DNA of 64,000 nucleotides from Vitrella brassicaformis CCMP3155 (Eukaryota > Protista > Chromerida), in contig CDMY01000279.1 in the NCBI GenBank assembly GCA_001179505.1, positions 62,001 through 126,000 on the forward strand, read 5' to 3'. Below are positions 1 through 10,501 of the stretch, piece by piece. A model generated the notes under the pieces. It was given only the letters and a program-made list of their open reading frames with translations, searched no databases and was not told the DNA's origin. The first letter of the stretch is position 1. Every line of letters starts with the position of its first letter. The translations under genes and the position numbers were made by a program.

Positions 1-1342
1 CACGTCCAGCCTGCAGCTGACCGAGCTTGAGTACACCCTTCGCTCCCTCGCAGAAGGCAGAACGGTCGAGGAGTGCTTCAACGCCGAGGGGCTGACCACG
101 GTCAGCGCGCAGGACGTCGTGCCTTTCCGTGTGTCTGAGGGGGTGTCTGATGCGGCGCTGTCGCCGCTTCCGGTCAACACGACGAGTGAAGGAGACATCA
201 TCGGGATCCCGCCCATTGTGGACGTCAGCACGGGCAGCATCAACTTCGCGGTGAGTGACCACAGACAGATTTGGAGACCACAGAGACGGCGCAACTTCTG
301 CTCCTGCATCTCTTTGGGGGGGGCAGTCCCAGGGGACCTTGCCGCCCAACATTGACGTGGATGACGACGTGCTGACGCTGGGAGTCAGGTGAGGGAGCAA
401 TGCAATCGCTGCAATGGCTCCGTCCGTCCGTCCATTCGACACTTGCGAAACAAAGTGTGTGTCCATCCATTCTTCAGGGCGCCACTGAGTGCGAGCATCG
501 AGCCCCCCCAGACGCAGAACCAGTCCACCGTCTTCGGGCGGCTCACCGCCCTCTGCAACCTACCAGAGGAGGGTAGGCCAGGCCACTGCAGTGCACCCTC
601 TGTGTGTCCCATCCGTCCACTGACTGCACTGACTGCAGTGGCGATTCAGTGCAAGCCCTCGCTACCCATCCCCCTCATCGCCGGTGCGGACGCCATCGTC
701 CCGAACGGCACCGACTTCGCCACCGTCCTGACGGGCGACACATCGGGCTCGACGGTCGGGCCTCTGAGCGTGGCTGAGAACTTCACCCTCTCGTGCTCTG
801 TCAGCGAGGCGAGGGCGCTGCTGCTGGTGGACGACGGTCCCGAGCTGGTGCTGATTCGGGTGGTGCCGCTGACAGTGGTGGTTGTCGACGAGGAAGACGG
901 CACTGTCAGCACCACGAGAACGGATTGTCCCATCACCATCGGTGGGCGAGTGGAGGGATGGATTGGTCTCGACGTCATGTTGGTGTCTGTGTGCCTCTCT
1001 GGGTGTGGTGTGTGTGGTGGCTTGTTGGTGCTGCCATGTGGTGGTTGGATCCTCGTGTCGCCATCCAGACTGCCGTAAGCCACACACACATATAGCAAAG
1101 AATCACCCTCAGTGCAGTGCACCCTTCGAGTATTTCGTGCCTGTCTTTGTGCGTCAGAGCTGCCAACTGCAGCATCGTCGGCCGCACAAGAGCAGACTGG
1201 CGATGGACGTGCTGCCGGCCGGCCTTCGCGGACAGCAGGTGGTCGTGGTGCTGCTGGTGATGCCCATCTGCAGATGGTGACGGACATCCGGCGGCGGCGG
1301 AAGCTGAAGGAGACGAGGGGGCGATTGATGACAGACAGGTGA
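1..1342 (+). CDS. 3' part of a multi-exon gene, probably a membrane or surface protein with beta-rich (Ig/cadherin-like) segments; 5' end lies outside the window
   Basis: Open frame from base 2 (TSSLQLTELEYTLRSL...VDVSTGSINFA) ends at a GTGAGT donor at 251. Further GT-AG exons follow (TLPPNIDVDDDVLTLGV; APLSASIEPPQ; ...VVDEEDGTVSTTRTDCPITIGG), then a hydrophobic Trp-rich stretch near 1000-1070 and a basic tail (DIRRRRKLKETRGR). The 3' exon structure is uncertain. Confidence 0.5.
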
Positions 1343-1739
1343 TAGGCCTTGATCGATTTGTGCGGTGTGTGGGCGTGGGTGTGGGTTCGGGCGGCTCTTG
1401 GTGTCTGACTGAGCTTGGTCGCTCTCAGATAGGCTCTCAGCTTTGTGACCTGTCCTCTGTAGCGCATTTATGTAGAGATCTAGGTGTGTAGCAGCGCCAT
1501 GCTTGAGCACTGCCTCTCTAGGGAATAGTCATCTTCGTCTAGGTCTGTCTGTCTGTCCATCTCTGTGGTATATATACTTGAGGGCTTCCAGCTGTGTGAG
1601 TGAGTGCGTGTGTGTGTCTGCAAGTACGGATGACCGAACAGTGAATTGTGTGGCCGGCCGGTGTGTACGCGACGCGACTCTCCTTGTTTGTTGAAAGGAA
1701 AGCATTCAATTCGACTGGAGTAGTGTAGTAGGTGTCTGT

Positions 1740-2560
1740 CTCTGTGGGTCATCTGGGGTCATCTCTACATCGCACGCACAAGCATTGCAACCATCCCATC
1801 AACACGTCAGTCAACATTTGGTCGACCACTCCACTCACAATGCAGGCAGGCAAGCGATCCAGACAGACAGACAGACAGAAACCCAGGCAGACAGACCGGC
1901 GGGAGGGATCAGCTTAGCTATCGTAGTCAGTCAGTACACACAAACAAACAAAAAGAACGAGACGACAGCCAGGCAGGGAGGCACGGACGGACTGATAATC
2001 AGACAGGCAGGCAGGCAGGCAGACAGGCAAGTGCACACCAGCCAGTCCAAAAACATACATACGCCTATGTGTGAGGGTGTGTGGGATAAAACGAGTACAT
2101 GTACAGTCGGTCGATACTCTGTGTCTGTGTATGTGTGTGTGTATGTGGGTGGGTCTCTCCACGTCCATCCATCCATCCATCCATCCATCCAGTCAGGCAT
2201 ATGTCATATCACAGTGCACTCATGTGTGCTTACGGTATGGTGTGTTGATGTCTGTGTGGAGCGATGTAAGCTTCTTAAAAGCGGTCAGCCAGTCAGTCAC
2301 GCGAGCAGGCAGGCAGGCAGGCAGACAGACAGGCAGACAAACAGGCCGGCATGCGAAACGAACGGAGGGCTGGCAAGGCACAACATGGCACGGCACGGAA
2401 CGGCACGCACTTGAGGTACACAAAGTCACCCTCTCCAGTCAGTCAGGTCGGCCGTGCGTGCCACCCACCATACCATCCATCCATCCATCCAGCCGCTCGC
2501 TACAATTCCCTTCCTCCTCTCTCTGGGTTACTTAGTTAGTTCGCAGTGAGTTGGTTAGTT
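1740..2560. repeat. Microsatellite-rich intergenic DNA ((CAGA)n, (GGCA)n, (ATCC)n, (GT)n)
   Basis: Direct reading, e.g. cagacagacagacagacag at about 1860, ccatccatccatccatcc at about 2166, gcaggcaggcaggcag at about 2305. Confidence 0.85.
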
Positions 2561-2596
2561 ATTGGGATACGATACACACTGACTGAGTGGGTCAGG

Positions 2597-4936
2597 TCAC
2601 TCCATGCCCTCTGGCTGCCCCTCCTCGCCCAGGACGTCCTTGAACACCCCCGCTATCTCCTCCGCACCCTCCACCTGCCCCTCCCCGCCCCCAGCGCCGC
2701 CCTCCTGCCCCTCAACGGCACCACCCGCCTCACCTGCACCTGCAGCAGCAGCAGCACCGGCCACCTCGATCTCCACCTCCTCGGCCTCGACGTGCCCCTT
2801 CCTTCCCGGCTTGCCCTTCTTCTTGGGTCGCGGCAGCCCCTCCTCGCCCTGTGTGTCGTCCTTCTGGTCGTCCTTGCGCTTGCGCACCGTTTTGCGGCGG
2901 GGCTGCTGCTGGGCGTGGGTGGAGACGGCGGGGGGCACCACGGGGAGCTCCTGCTGCGGCATGTGCATCTGGGGCAGCCCCTGCATCGCCTGCATCTCCG
3001 GCAAGCCCTCCACGTTCTGCACTATCACATGCTGCTCCTGCCCGGGCACCTGCTGCATCTGCTGGACCATATGGACGTGGGCGTCCGGGGGCAGCACCAG
3101 GCCCTCGGGGTGGTGCGCCAGCGGAATGCCCTTCTGGAGGGGCTCCTGCAGCGCCACACCCTCGGCTAGCGGCACCCCCTGCGGCACCTCCACCGGAATG
3201 CCGCCCTCCATCGGGACCTCCTGCAGGGCCTCGTGCAGGGCAGCATGCTCGTGGTGCGACGCGTCCAAACCCTCGGCGCCCTCGGGGGGCACGCCCAGGG
3301 CCGGCGCGGCGTACTGCAGGTAGGCGGCGCTGAGCTGATCGGCAGACTCGGGAACGGCTCCCTTCTTGCCCTTACCTGAGTGAACACGAAACAGGGCTAG
3401 GTGAGAGAGGGGGTGGGGTGTCTGTGGTGGATGGATGGGGAGACGGGGAGTGGGAGTGATGCTTACGTTGAGTCTTGCGTTTGGGTTTGGCGCCGGGGAG
3501 GGAGGCCCCGAGCTGCTGGGCTGAGGCGTCGCCGCCCTCGGCCTTCGACAACTTGTTCCTGCTTACACCCACCAGCCGCACACACACATACACACACAAA
3601 TGTCATGCAGGTGTTGGTGGCGAGGGGAGGCGTGTTCTCTCCAGCGCGCACCACACACGCTTGAGCTCCGATACGTTTCGATTGTCCCTCAACGTCTGAG
3701 GAAAGGAAGGATGGATACGTCAGCCTCCCAGTCTGTGTGTGTGAGAAGGGGGGGAACTGACTGACCTCGATGTGAGCCGGCAGGGTGTAGCTACTCTCCG
3801 TCAACGCGTTATACATGCCGTCAGCGGCCTCGCCTAGGAAGACACAACACACAACACAGAGAGAGAGAGATGTCGGCATGGCTGTCTGTGTGTGTCATGT
3901 CGTTGGCTGGGTGGCTTTCTGGCTGGCTTACCAACTGAGTCGTGGGCCATGACCATGAGTCTGGCCAGCGCCCGCTTAATCTCCCCCTTATCGAACAGGT
4001 GCACGTGCTTGGCAATGTCATCGCCACGGCAACGCTCTATCTTGACCTGGATCTTCATGTCCTGCATAACACAACACAACACAACACACGGCACACCACA
4101 CCACATCACACACGTCAAGCTGGGAGAGGGCGGGAGGGCGGGAGGGTGTGTGGGAGTGGGTACCTACCCGTCCGGACGTGGATGTGAGGCATGGTATCTG
4201 CGCCTTCCAGATGGGTGGGCGACGGCTCTCCACCGACGGCACCTCACGCGACACGAACTCCATCCACTCGGCAGCGTACTCGTCCTGACATCATGTCACC
4301 ACACACCCGTCTGTGCAGGCGTCTGTCTGTGTCTCGCTGTCTCGTCAGTCAGACACCTACCTTTCGGAATTTGCCGCAGATTTTGGAGAGGTATTCCTTC
4401 AGAGCGTCCCTTGGTATGCGGCCCTCCCCGGCCAGCTCCTCGTCGGGCTCGGTCAGCGGGAAAACCACGTGGTTGAAGACGTAGTCACAACGCATCTGAC
4501 ACACGTGCGTGCAGCCACAACAAACAGCCAACACAGAGGGAGCGAGCATGACCTCCAGCTCGCCTCCGAGCTTGCTTTGTGCGTGGCTGACCTCGTAGGT
4601 GGCGCCTTGGGCTTTGAACTGCCTGTCGGTGTCCTTGCTATAGACCACCTGCTCGCCCCCCTCACCAGCTGCCGCCGCTGCGGCTGCGGCCATCGCCATG
4701 GCCTGTTCGGGGTTCGCGGCTGAGATACAGCGCGCAGAGAGCGCGCACAGGGGTCGACACAGACATTTTGTGAGACGTGTGGACGCGTGTCACTATGAAT
4801 GTGACGTACCTGCCCAGGCCTGCTGTTCCATCGCCTGCTGCTGCTCCATGGCCTGTTGCTGCTCCATGGCCGCTTGCTGCTGCTCCATCGTCCCCTCAAT
4901 GGCCTGGGTATAGCCCTCCACGTGTCCCTCCTCCAT
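2597..4936 (-). CDS. Hypothetical multi-exon protein with N-terminal MEQQQA repeats and a Gln/Pro/Glu-rich, basic (NLS-like) C-terminus
   Basis: ATG at 4936 (MEEGHVEGYTQAIEGTMEQQQAAMEQQQAMEQQQAMEQQ). Exons with GT-AG ends include ...CDYVFNHVVFPLTEPD..., DEYAAEWMEFVSREVP and DMKIQVKIERCRGDD. The last exon equals ORF 2597-3292 (QQQPRRKTVRKRK, KKKGKPGRKG). No family recognised. Confidence 0.65.
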
Positions 4937-5027
4937 TACGATACAACGAGCTGTCAGAGGAGGCCTCACACGAGCCTCGCACGAGCCTTCTACTCACGTC
5001 CAAAGGTCCGACTTCAGTTTTAGAAGG

Positions 5028-5054
5028 CCCTAAATCAAACCCTTTAGGGTTTAG
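5028..5054. promoter_or_regulatory. Telomere-repeat-like (telo-box) inverted element in a bidirectional promoter
   Basis: CCCTAAA at 5028-5034, then AAACCCT-TT-AGGGTTT (inverted repeat, 5037-5052) and TTTAGGGTTTAG. It lies 3 bp from a TGCGAGCT octamer. Confidence 0.35.
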
Positions 5055-5334
5055 TCTGCGAGCTTCAAAGGAGGAGAAAGGAAAAAGGAGAGGAAAGTGA
5101 ACGCGCATAACCATCTGCAGCTGCTGAGGATCTCTGTCTGGGGTGATTGTTTCTTGGAGGTTGATCTTTGCAAGGCCGCTGGCATGCAAGCCTACCAAGA
5201 CTCCAAGGACCAGGCCTTGCCACAACTGGCGGCAACACACAAATGAACAGAGCAGGTAAGCAGGGACAACACACGCGCACACGAAGCAACAATGATGTCG
5301 GCGTCTAGTGGGCGGTATCTCTTCTCTGCAGCTG

Positions 5335-7145
5335 CAGTCCTGTGTTGGTGTGATCCACACGCACATCGGGCGCAACAACGATGAGCTGGCTGCTGCCCAG
5401 GCGACGGCACCGTAGCTATTCTTACCGACGAGTGGCGGTTGGCGACCCCTCGTCCATCAGCCAGTCTTTGCTATCGGTCGTCACGACTGATGACACCGCT
5501 GACCATCAAGGGCTTCCTGTTGACGTCTTCGCCCGTGTGTTCGCTTCCTTTCTCACTGTCGACGATGCTTTGAGGGCCCGGGCGGTCGGCAAGGCGTACG
5601 GCGCTGAGCTGATAGACGAGGCGTTCCTTCTGCGTCGCATCACCAGCTGCCAGCAGCAGCTCCCCGGCCTCATCGATGTGGAGAGGGACCGCGGCGTCGA
5701 CCCCTCGGCCCCTCCCCTCCCACCATCCCTCTCGCGATTTGGGTATCTCGCTCGGTGTGCCTACGTCATCGAGCGGGCGGCCGAGTGGCGCTATATGGCC
5801 ACATTTGTCAGGGTGGCGAGTGCCTGCGGTGTGGCTGGCCAGCTGCCTGTGGTGCTGGCAGCTGAGAGGGTGGAGGCTCATATTCCCGACAAGGAAACTT
5901 TCCATCGGCTGCCCGCTGCCATGGCCGTCTACAAGACACTTGGAGATCTGTTTGGCTGTGAAAGCATCAGCCCACCCCTGCAGCTGACCGAGGGCGACCA
6001 GGAGGAGACAGACTTGTGGGTCCTGCCGAGCCTGCTGCTGCTGCGGCTCCTGATTGGAGCCGTCCACGTCATCACTGCGCTGGTGTGCTTGTGCGGTGCC
6101 GTGTGCATCCCGTTAGAATTCTATTTTCTCCTCGTCGCCCAAACCCAGGATCATAGGGTGTGGCGTGTACTTGGCTGGCTTCTGCTCTGCGTGTTGACTT
6201 GTGGCCTTTACCTCCAGGCGGCCTGCAGCTGCGGATGGGCTCTCGCCTGGTGGTTGCATCGACGGACGAGGCTGGTGCAATGGTATCAAATCGGCGTGCG
6301 GCGGCTCCGTGTCATCGATGGGGACGAGTTGTGGCGCCTGCGGCCTTTTATTCGGCCGATATATCGCCCCACGGACCCGCCCATCAGCTGCAGCGTGCCA
6401 TTATGCCGAGTCTATCCCTCATTCAGTGCGTTTGCCCTCGACACGCTGCTGCAGCTCGACGAGGTTTCTTCCCGTATGAGCGTCGTCTTTGACGTGTTTG
6501 TGGGGACGCCTGTCCGCTACCGGACTCTGACGGCTTCCTGGATCGACGAACCTGACATATCCGTCATCGACTGGCAGGACGACATGATGGATGTACGAAG
6601 CCGCATTGTGATCTTGCTGCTCGGTGGTGGGTCTGTAGTGGCCGCCGTAACTCTCGACGTCGGCTTGATCATAGTCAGGACGACCGAGGTGGAGATGGGC
6701 GGCGAGATGACTGTCGATGAGCGGTTTCCTGTCACCGTGGCTGCCGTGCGGCAGCTCCTGAGGCGATATGGTCTCGAAGATAAGACTTTTGGCCCGTCCT
6801 CTTGACTGCCTCATTTTTTCTCCGGAGAGGCTGTCAATGCATTGGTGGTGGTTTCCGTGCGGTTTGGGCTATGTAATGGAACTGATGGGTTAGTTCATGT
6901 GACTGATCGGACGGTCATGCACTGAATGCGACTCTTATCCGACGAGAGTTTTCCCTTCAAAGTTTCTTTGCGTATCCGTCCACACGTTCAGACATCCTCA
7001 CACAACATGGCGTGTCTCAGAGGGCGTCACGTTGGCAGCGGGAAGAAGAACGACACACTCTGACGAATATAAAATGTAGGCAGCCATTTATTTCATATCG
7101 CCACATCGGCAGCGACATCCAATATCTTATTCTCGCCTATCTGCG
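5335..7145 (+). repeat. About 1.8-kb segment duplicated in inverted orientation at 24640-26485 (ORF plus both UTR flanks)
   Basis: The 5' flank cagtcctgtgttggtgtgatccacacgcacatcgggcgcaacaacgATG and the 3' flank ...ggagaggctgtcaatgcattgg...tgacgaatataaaatgtaggcagc...cgccacatcggcagcgacat both match the reverse complement of 24640-26485. Confidence 0.9.
5381..6805 (+). CDS. Intronless 474-aa protein of a lineage-expanded F-box-like family, with a central hydrophobic (2-3 TM-like) insert; copy A
   Basis: Single ORF. The N-terminal GLPVDVFARVFASFLTVDDALRARAVGKAY resembles the F-box pattern (LP-x-EIL-x-x-IF-x-FL...R-x-V-x-K-x-W). A close paralog lies at 24979-26439. Confidence 0.8.
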   Translation: MSWLLPRRRHRSYSYRRVAVGDPSSISQSLLSVVTTDDTADHQGLPVDVFARVFASFLTVDDALRARAVGKAYGAELIDEAFLLRRITSCQQQLPGLIDVERDRGVDPSAPPLPPSLSRFGYLARCAYVIERAAEWRYMATFVRVASACGVAGQLPVVLAAERVEAHIPDKETFHRLPAAMAVYKTLGDLFGCESISPPLQLTEGDQEETDLWVLPSLLLLRLLIGAVHVITALVCLCGAVCIPLEFYFLLVAQTQDHRVWRVLGWLLLCVLTCGLYLQAACSCGWALAWWLHRRTRLVQWYQIGVRRLRVIDGDELWRLRPFIRPIYRPTDPPISCSVPLCRVYPSFSAFALDTLLQLDEVSSRMSVVFDVFVGTPVRYRTLTASWIDEPDISVIDWQDDMMDVRSRIVILLLGGGSVVAAVTLDVGLIIVRTTEVEMGGEMTVDERFPVTVAAVRQLLRRYGLEDKTFGPSS

Positions 7146-8184
7146 CGGCGGAATGCGGTAGGATCGAGAATGCCCCCCTGCTATCGCATACGCCTGCACT
7201 CATTAATGGCCACACACACACACAGACGTACCAACGTGTGATTGTGTGTGGTATGTGTGTTGTCTGTGTGTGTGTAGGTCACTCACTCACTCACCCACGC
7301 CAGTCACTCTTGCCTTCGCGCTAAAGGCAAGAGATTACGCAAGTCCGATCCCCAACATCCCTACACTTACAGCACGAAAGCACATTTACCCCACATCATG
7401 AAATCCTAGATCCCTCATCACAAGTCGCCCAACATCCACGAAAACACATTTCCACATCACGAAATGCTAGGCACCCCTCATCATCCCCGCCATCATGAAA
7501 TCCTACCCCGGCCCCGCACTTTACCCCCGCCATCTGACCGTGGGCATGATGCTGGTGGCAATCTGCGGCCAGTGGAGTGTGTGTGGGTTGCTGGGTGGCA
7601 GCTGCAGCGGGGAAAGAATGGGCGATGCGCGGCAGGGCTGGCCGACACACCGGTGGCGTTGGCCTGGACCGTCGACGGCTGCTTCTGCTTGCTCGACGAG
7701 GCCTTGTATGAGGGCGCCACTGCAAACACCACACGGCACAGCACAGCACACATCAATGGATGAGTGGATGTGTGCCGGTTTTCCCCGCCTTGCTTACTCG
7801 TGCGAGGCTGCGGCTGCACGAACACCGGCTGCCCGAAGGACGCATACGTATATGCCGACGACTTCGTCGCTCGGCGGGTGACAGAGGCTGCAGAGAAAGT
7901 ATCACTTCGGTTGGTTCTCCTCGTCGGCAGGCAGAGAGGCTTCCCGAACGCGGAGAAGAGCGGCAGCGATGGGGAGGGATTGCAAAGTTAGTTTCTCTTT
8001 GTTGTCTCCCATTTTTCTCGACGGCTGCGGCTGTGGAGCGGTCTGTGCGAGGAAGTGCGACAGAAAAAGAATGTGCGTGTGCATCGGCAGCGGCACATGC
8101 ATCAGTATTTCCTCAGGTGATCGCTATTTCTCCTTTCTCCTTCTGTGGTTTTGAGCCATTTTGACCGCGAACGTTCGCTGCAGG

Positions 8185-9490
8185 ATGTGTATAACTCCCG
8201 CCATCATCGTGCAGCTGCTATATCTGATCTCGTTTTGTCTGTGCTGTATCGGATCCCTCGGTGCCTTCCTCGCGAGACCAATCGGCCTCACAAACGTCCT
8301 CACGAGCAGAAGAAGCGCGAGGGCAGCAACGTTCCTCAGCGACGTGCAATCGCCTGCCGACGCCCGGAGCCCATCTGCCCACTCGCCGCCCGCATCACCT
8401 GTGCCGCCGAATCCCCCACAACAATCGGAGGTACAGGAGCGTGTGGACACCGTCCGCGATGTCATCTTCTCGCGACGCAACTGCCGCACATTCCTGCCGA
8501 AAGAGGTGCCACTTGAGGTGCTGACCGACCTCATGACTGCCGCACAGCGGGCACCATCTGGCTTCAACATGCAGCCGTGGGTGTGCATTCTGGTGCGCGA
8601 GGCGTCGGTGAGGGAGCGGCTGGCGGCGACTATGCTGGGCGAGAAGAACCGCTCGAAGATCAAGGAGGCGCCTGTGGTGGCCGTGTTCTGTGCTGATCTG
8701 GGTGAGTGAGTGGGATCGGGCAAGCCAAACAGGGCATGTGTGCATCTGTGTGTCTGTGTGTTTCAGAGAGTCAGCGCCAGATGCCACGCATTGTGGCCCT
8801 GATCAAGAAGGACCGCGAGAGGCGGCTTGCCTATCGCGCCACACAGGCATCGTCAAAGTCACCGCAGAAGCCGCCCGCCAAGAGCAAGTCATTGCAGCGG
8901 ATACCCTTCTATGTCAGCCTCTTCGCCGGCGCCTTGCGAGGGTGGCTCATCCGCTACCTGTGGTTTCTCATTCGGTACGTAATCTTTGCTGTGCTGCGGG
9001 TGTTCCAGCCCCTTCCCGTGCCGTCGATGGCCGAGACCTGGGCCTACAAGAACACCATGCTGGCGGTGCAGACCTACATGCTGCTCGCATCGGCCTACGG
9101 GCTTGGCACAGCACCGGTGAGCTGAGCGGGCAGCTGATATAGAGAAGGCCGTTACGCATGCACACAATCATCAGGTGAGGTGACTGACCTGTGTGTTGTG
9201 TTGTGTGTGTATCAGATGGAGGGTTTTGACATGGTGCGTTTGCGGCGGGTGCTGATGCTGCCTGACCGCTTCAGCGTGCCTCTGGTGGTGGCGACGGGCT
9301 ACCCAGCCGACGCCCCCATCAGCCGCACCTACCCTCTGCTCAGCGGCCGGCTGCCGATGGACGAACAGGTGATCCACGCAGATACGGACACACCCACACC
9401 CACCCACACACACAGAGCTCATGTGCCGTTCGGTCTTTGTGCCGGGTGCAGGTGTTCTCTGACTTCTACGATCGAAGGCTTGCGATCTGA
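8185..9490 (+). CDS. Nitroreductase family flavoprotein with probable bipartite (signal + transit) plastid leader; 4 exons
   Basis: Motifs VIFSRRNCRTF, AAQRAPSGFNMQPW, AVQTYMLLASAYGLGTAP/MEGFD and VVATGY. The leader is hydrophobic, ends in LGAF and is followed by an Arg/Ser-rich stretch. Exons about 8185-8701, 8769-9116, 9214-9368, 9452-9490. Confidence 0.9.
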
Positions 9491-10501
9491 CCTCAGCTGT
9501 CTGTCAAGCGGCAGGGTGTGTCAGCGACGGTTTGGCCCCTGGTTGGTTTCCACAGGGTTGCATGCCTTCATACAGGCCATGTTTCCTCGTGTAGCCTCAA
9601 TCCGGCCGGCCACAGAGCATCGCTGACACCTCTAGCCAGCTCGCTTAGCAGCTATGTAATCATGGCGTCAGGCCATATCTATGAGTATGTAGACTAGTAG
9701 CCAGCACGTATATATATACCAGCACTGTAGCTGTAAGGCAGTGCAGCTTGGTTGATATGATATGGCGAGTGAGTAGCGGCAGGCAGAGAATTCGCACATT
9801 TGTACAGGGCGGGGGTCGTTTCATCGTAGGGTGTCTGGTTGTCCATTGTCCATGGTCGGATGCGTAGCGAGCAAACCGACAGACAGACAACTAACACACA
9901 CACGGGAAATCCGAAAGCCTATAAGTCAGAGTCCACAGTGATGACAAAAATCGAATCGTACGGCTTGATGGGCTGCCTGTCTCTGTCTGGTGGAGGGACA
10001 GCCTCCCTGCTCCGTTTAGTCTTCTGCCGTCTCCTCTTTCGCCTCCGGTTGGGGCACACCCGCCTCCAACAGGCACCACAAAACAAGGTGCTCTCTTTTG
10101 GCTTTGCAATGGGGGATGCAACGCCACTGGATGGTGTCGGTGGCTTCATAACAGGCGCCTGCAGGTGGCCTCTGCAATGGACACAACACAAGAAGCCACA
10201 TGAATGATGCATGGGCCGCCTCATTGCAAACGGCACCTGCTTACGACGAGAGGAGGCTTGTTGCTTCTGTTAAGGCTTCACCCCGCTGACGGGACAGCAG
10301 GGAGCCCATTTCATTGGGAGTGGGCACAGGCCCGAGAGAGCGGTTTCACAGGCCCACTTTGCGAGCTGAGCCCAGATCTGCCTTGCGCACGAAACTTCAA
10401 GATGAAGGCCCAAAGAATGCCCGGAGCTGCAGGGCATCGTCCCAGAGTCAACATTTGACTCTTTTCTCTGCTTCTGCTGCTGACTGGTGATTCATGGCGT
10501 G

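Noticed and set aside
7340-7520. Short degenerate repeats (catcatgaaatccta; cccaacatcc) resembling a CRISPR-like array
   Set aside because: Irregular, few copies, no constant spacer length, and a eukaryotic context.
7493-8020. Possible small spliced minus-strand gene (…ASFGQPVFVQPQPRT/MAPSYKASS…)
   Set aside because: The frame is closed upstream by TAA with no ATG, and no homology was recognised.
9919-10236. Minus-strand ORF with CxxC...CxxC (CVHC...CGAC), zinc-finger-like
   Set aside because: No convincing start or splice context and no further ligands; cannot be supported as a gene.
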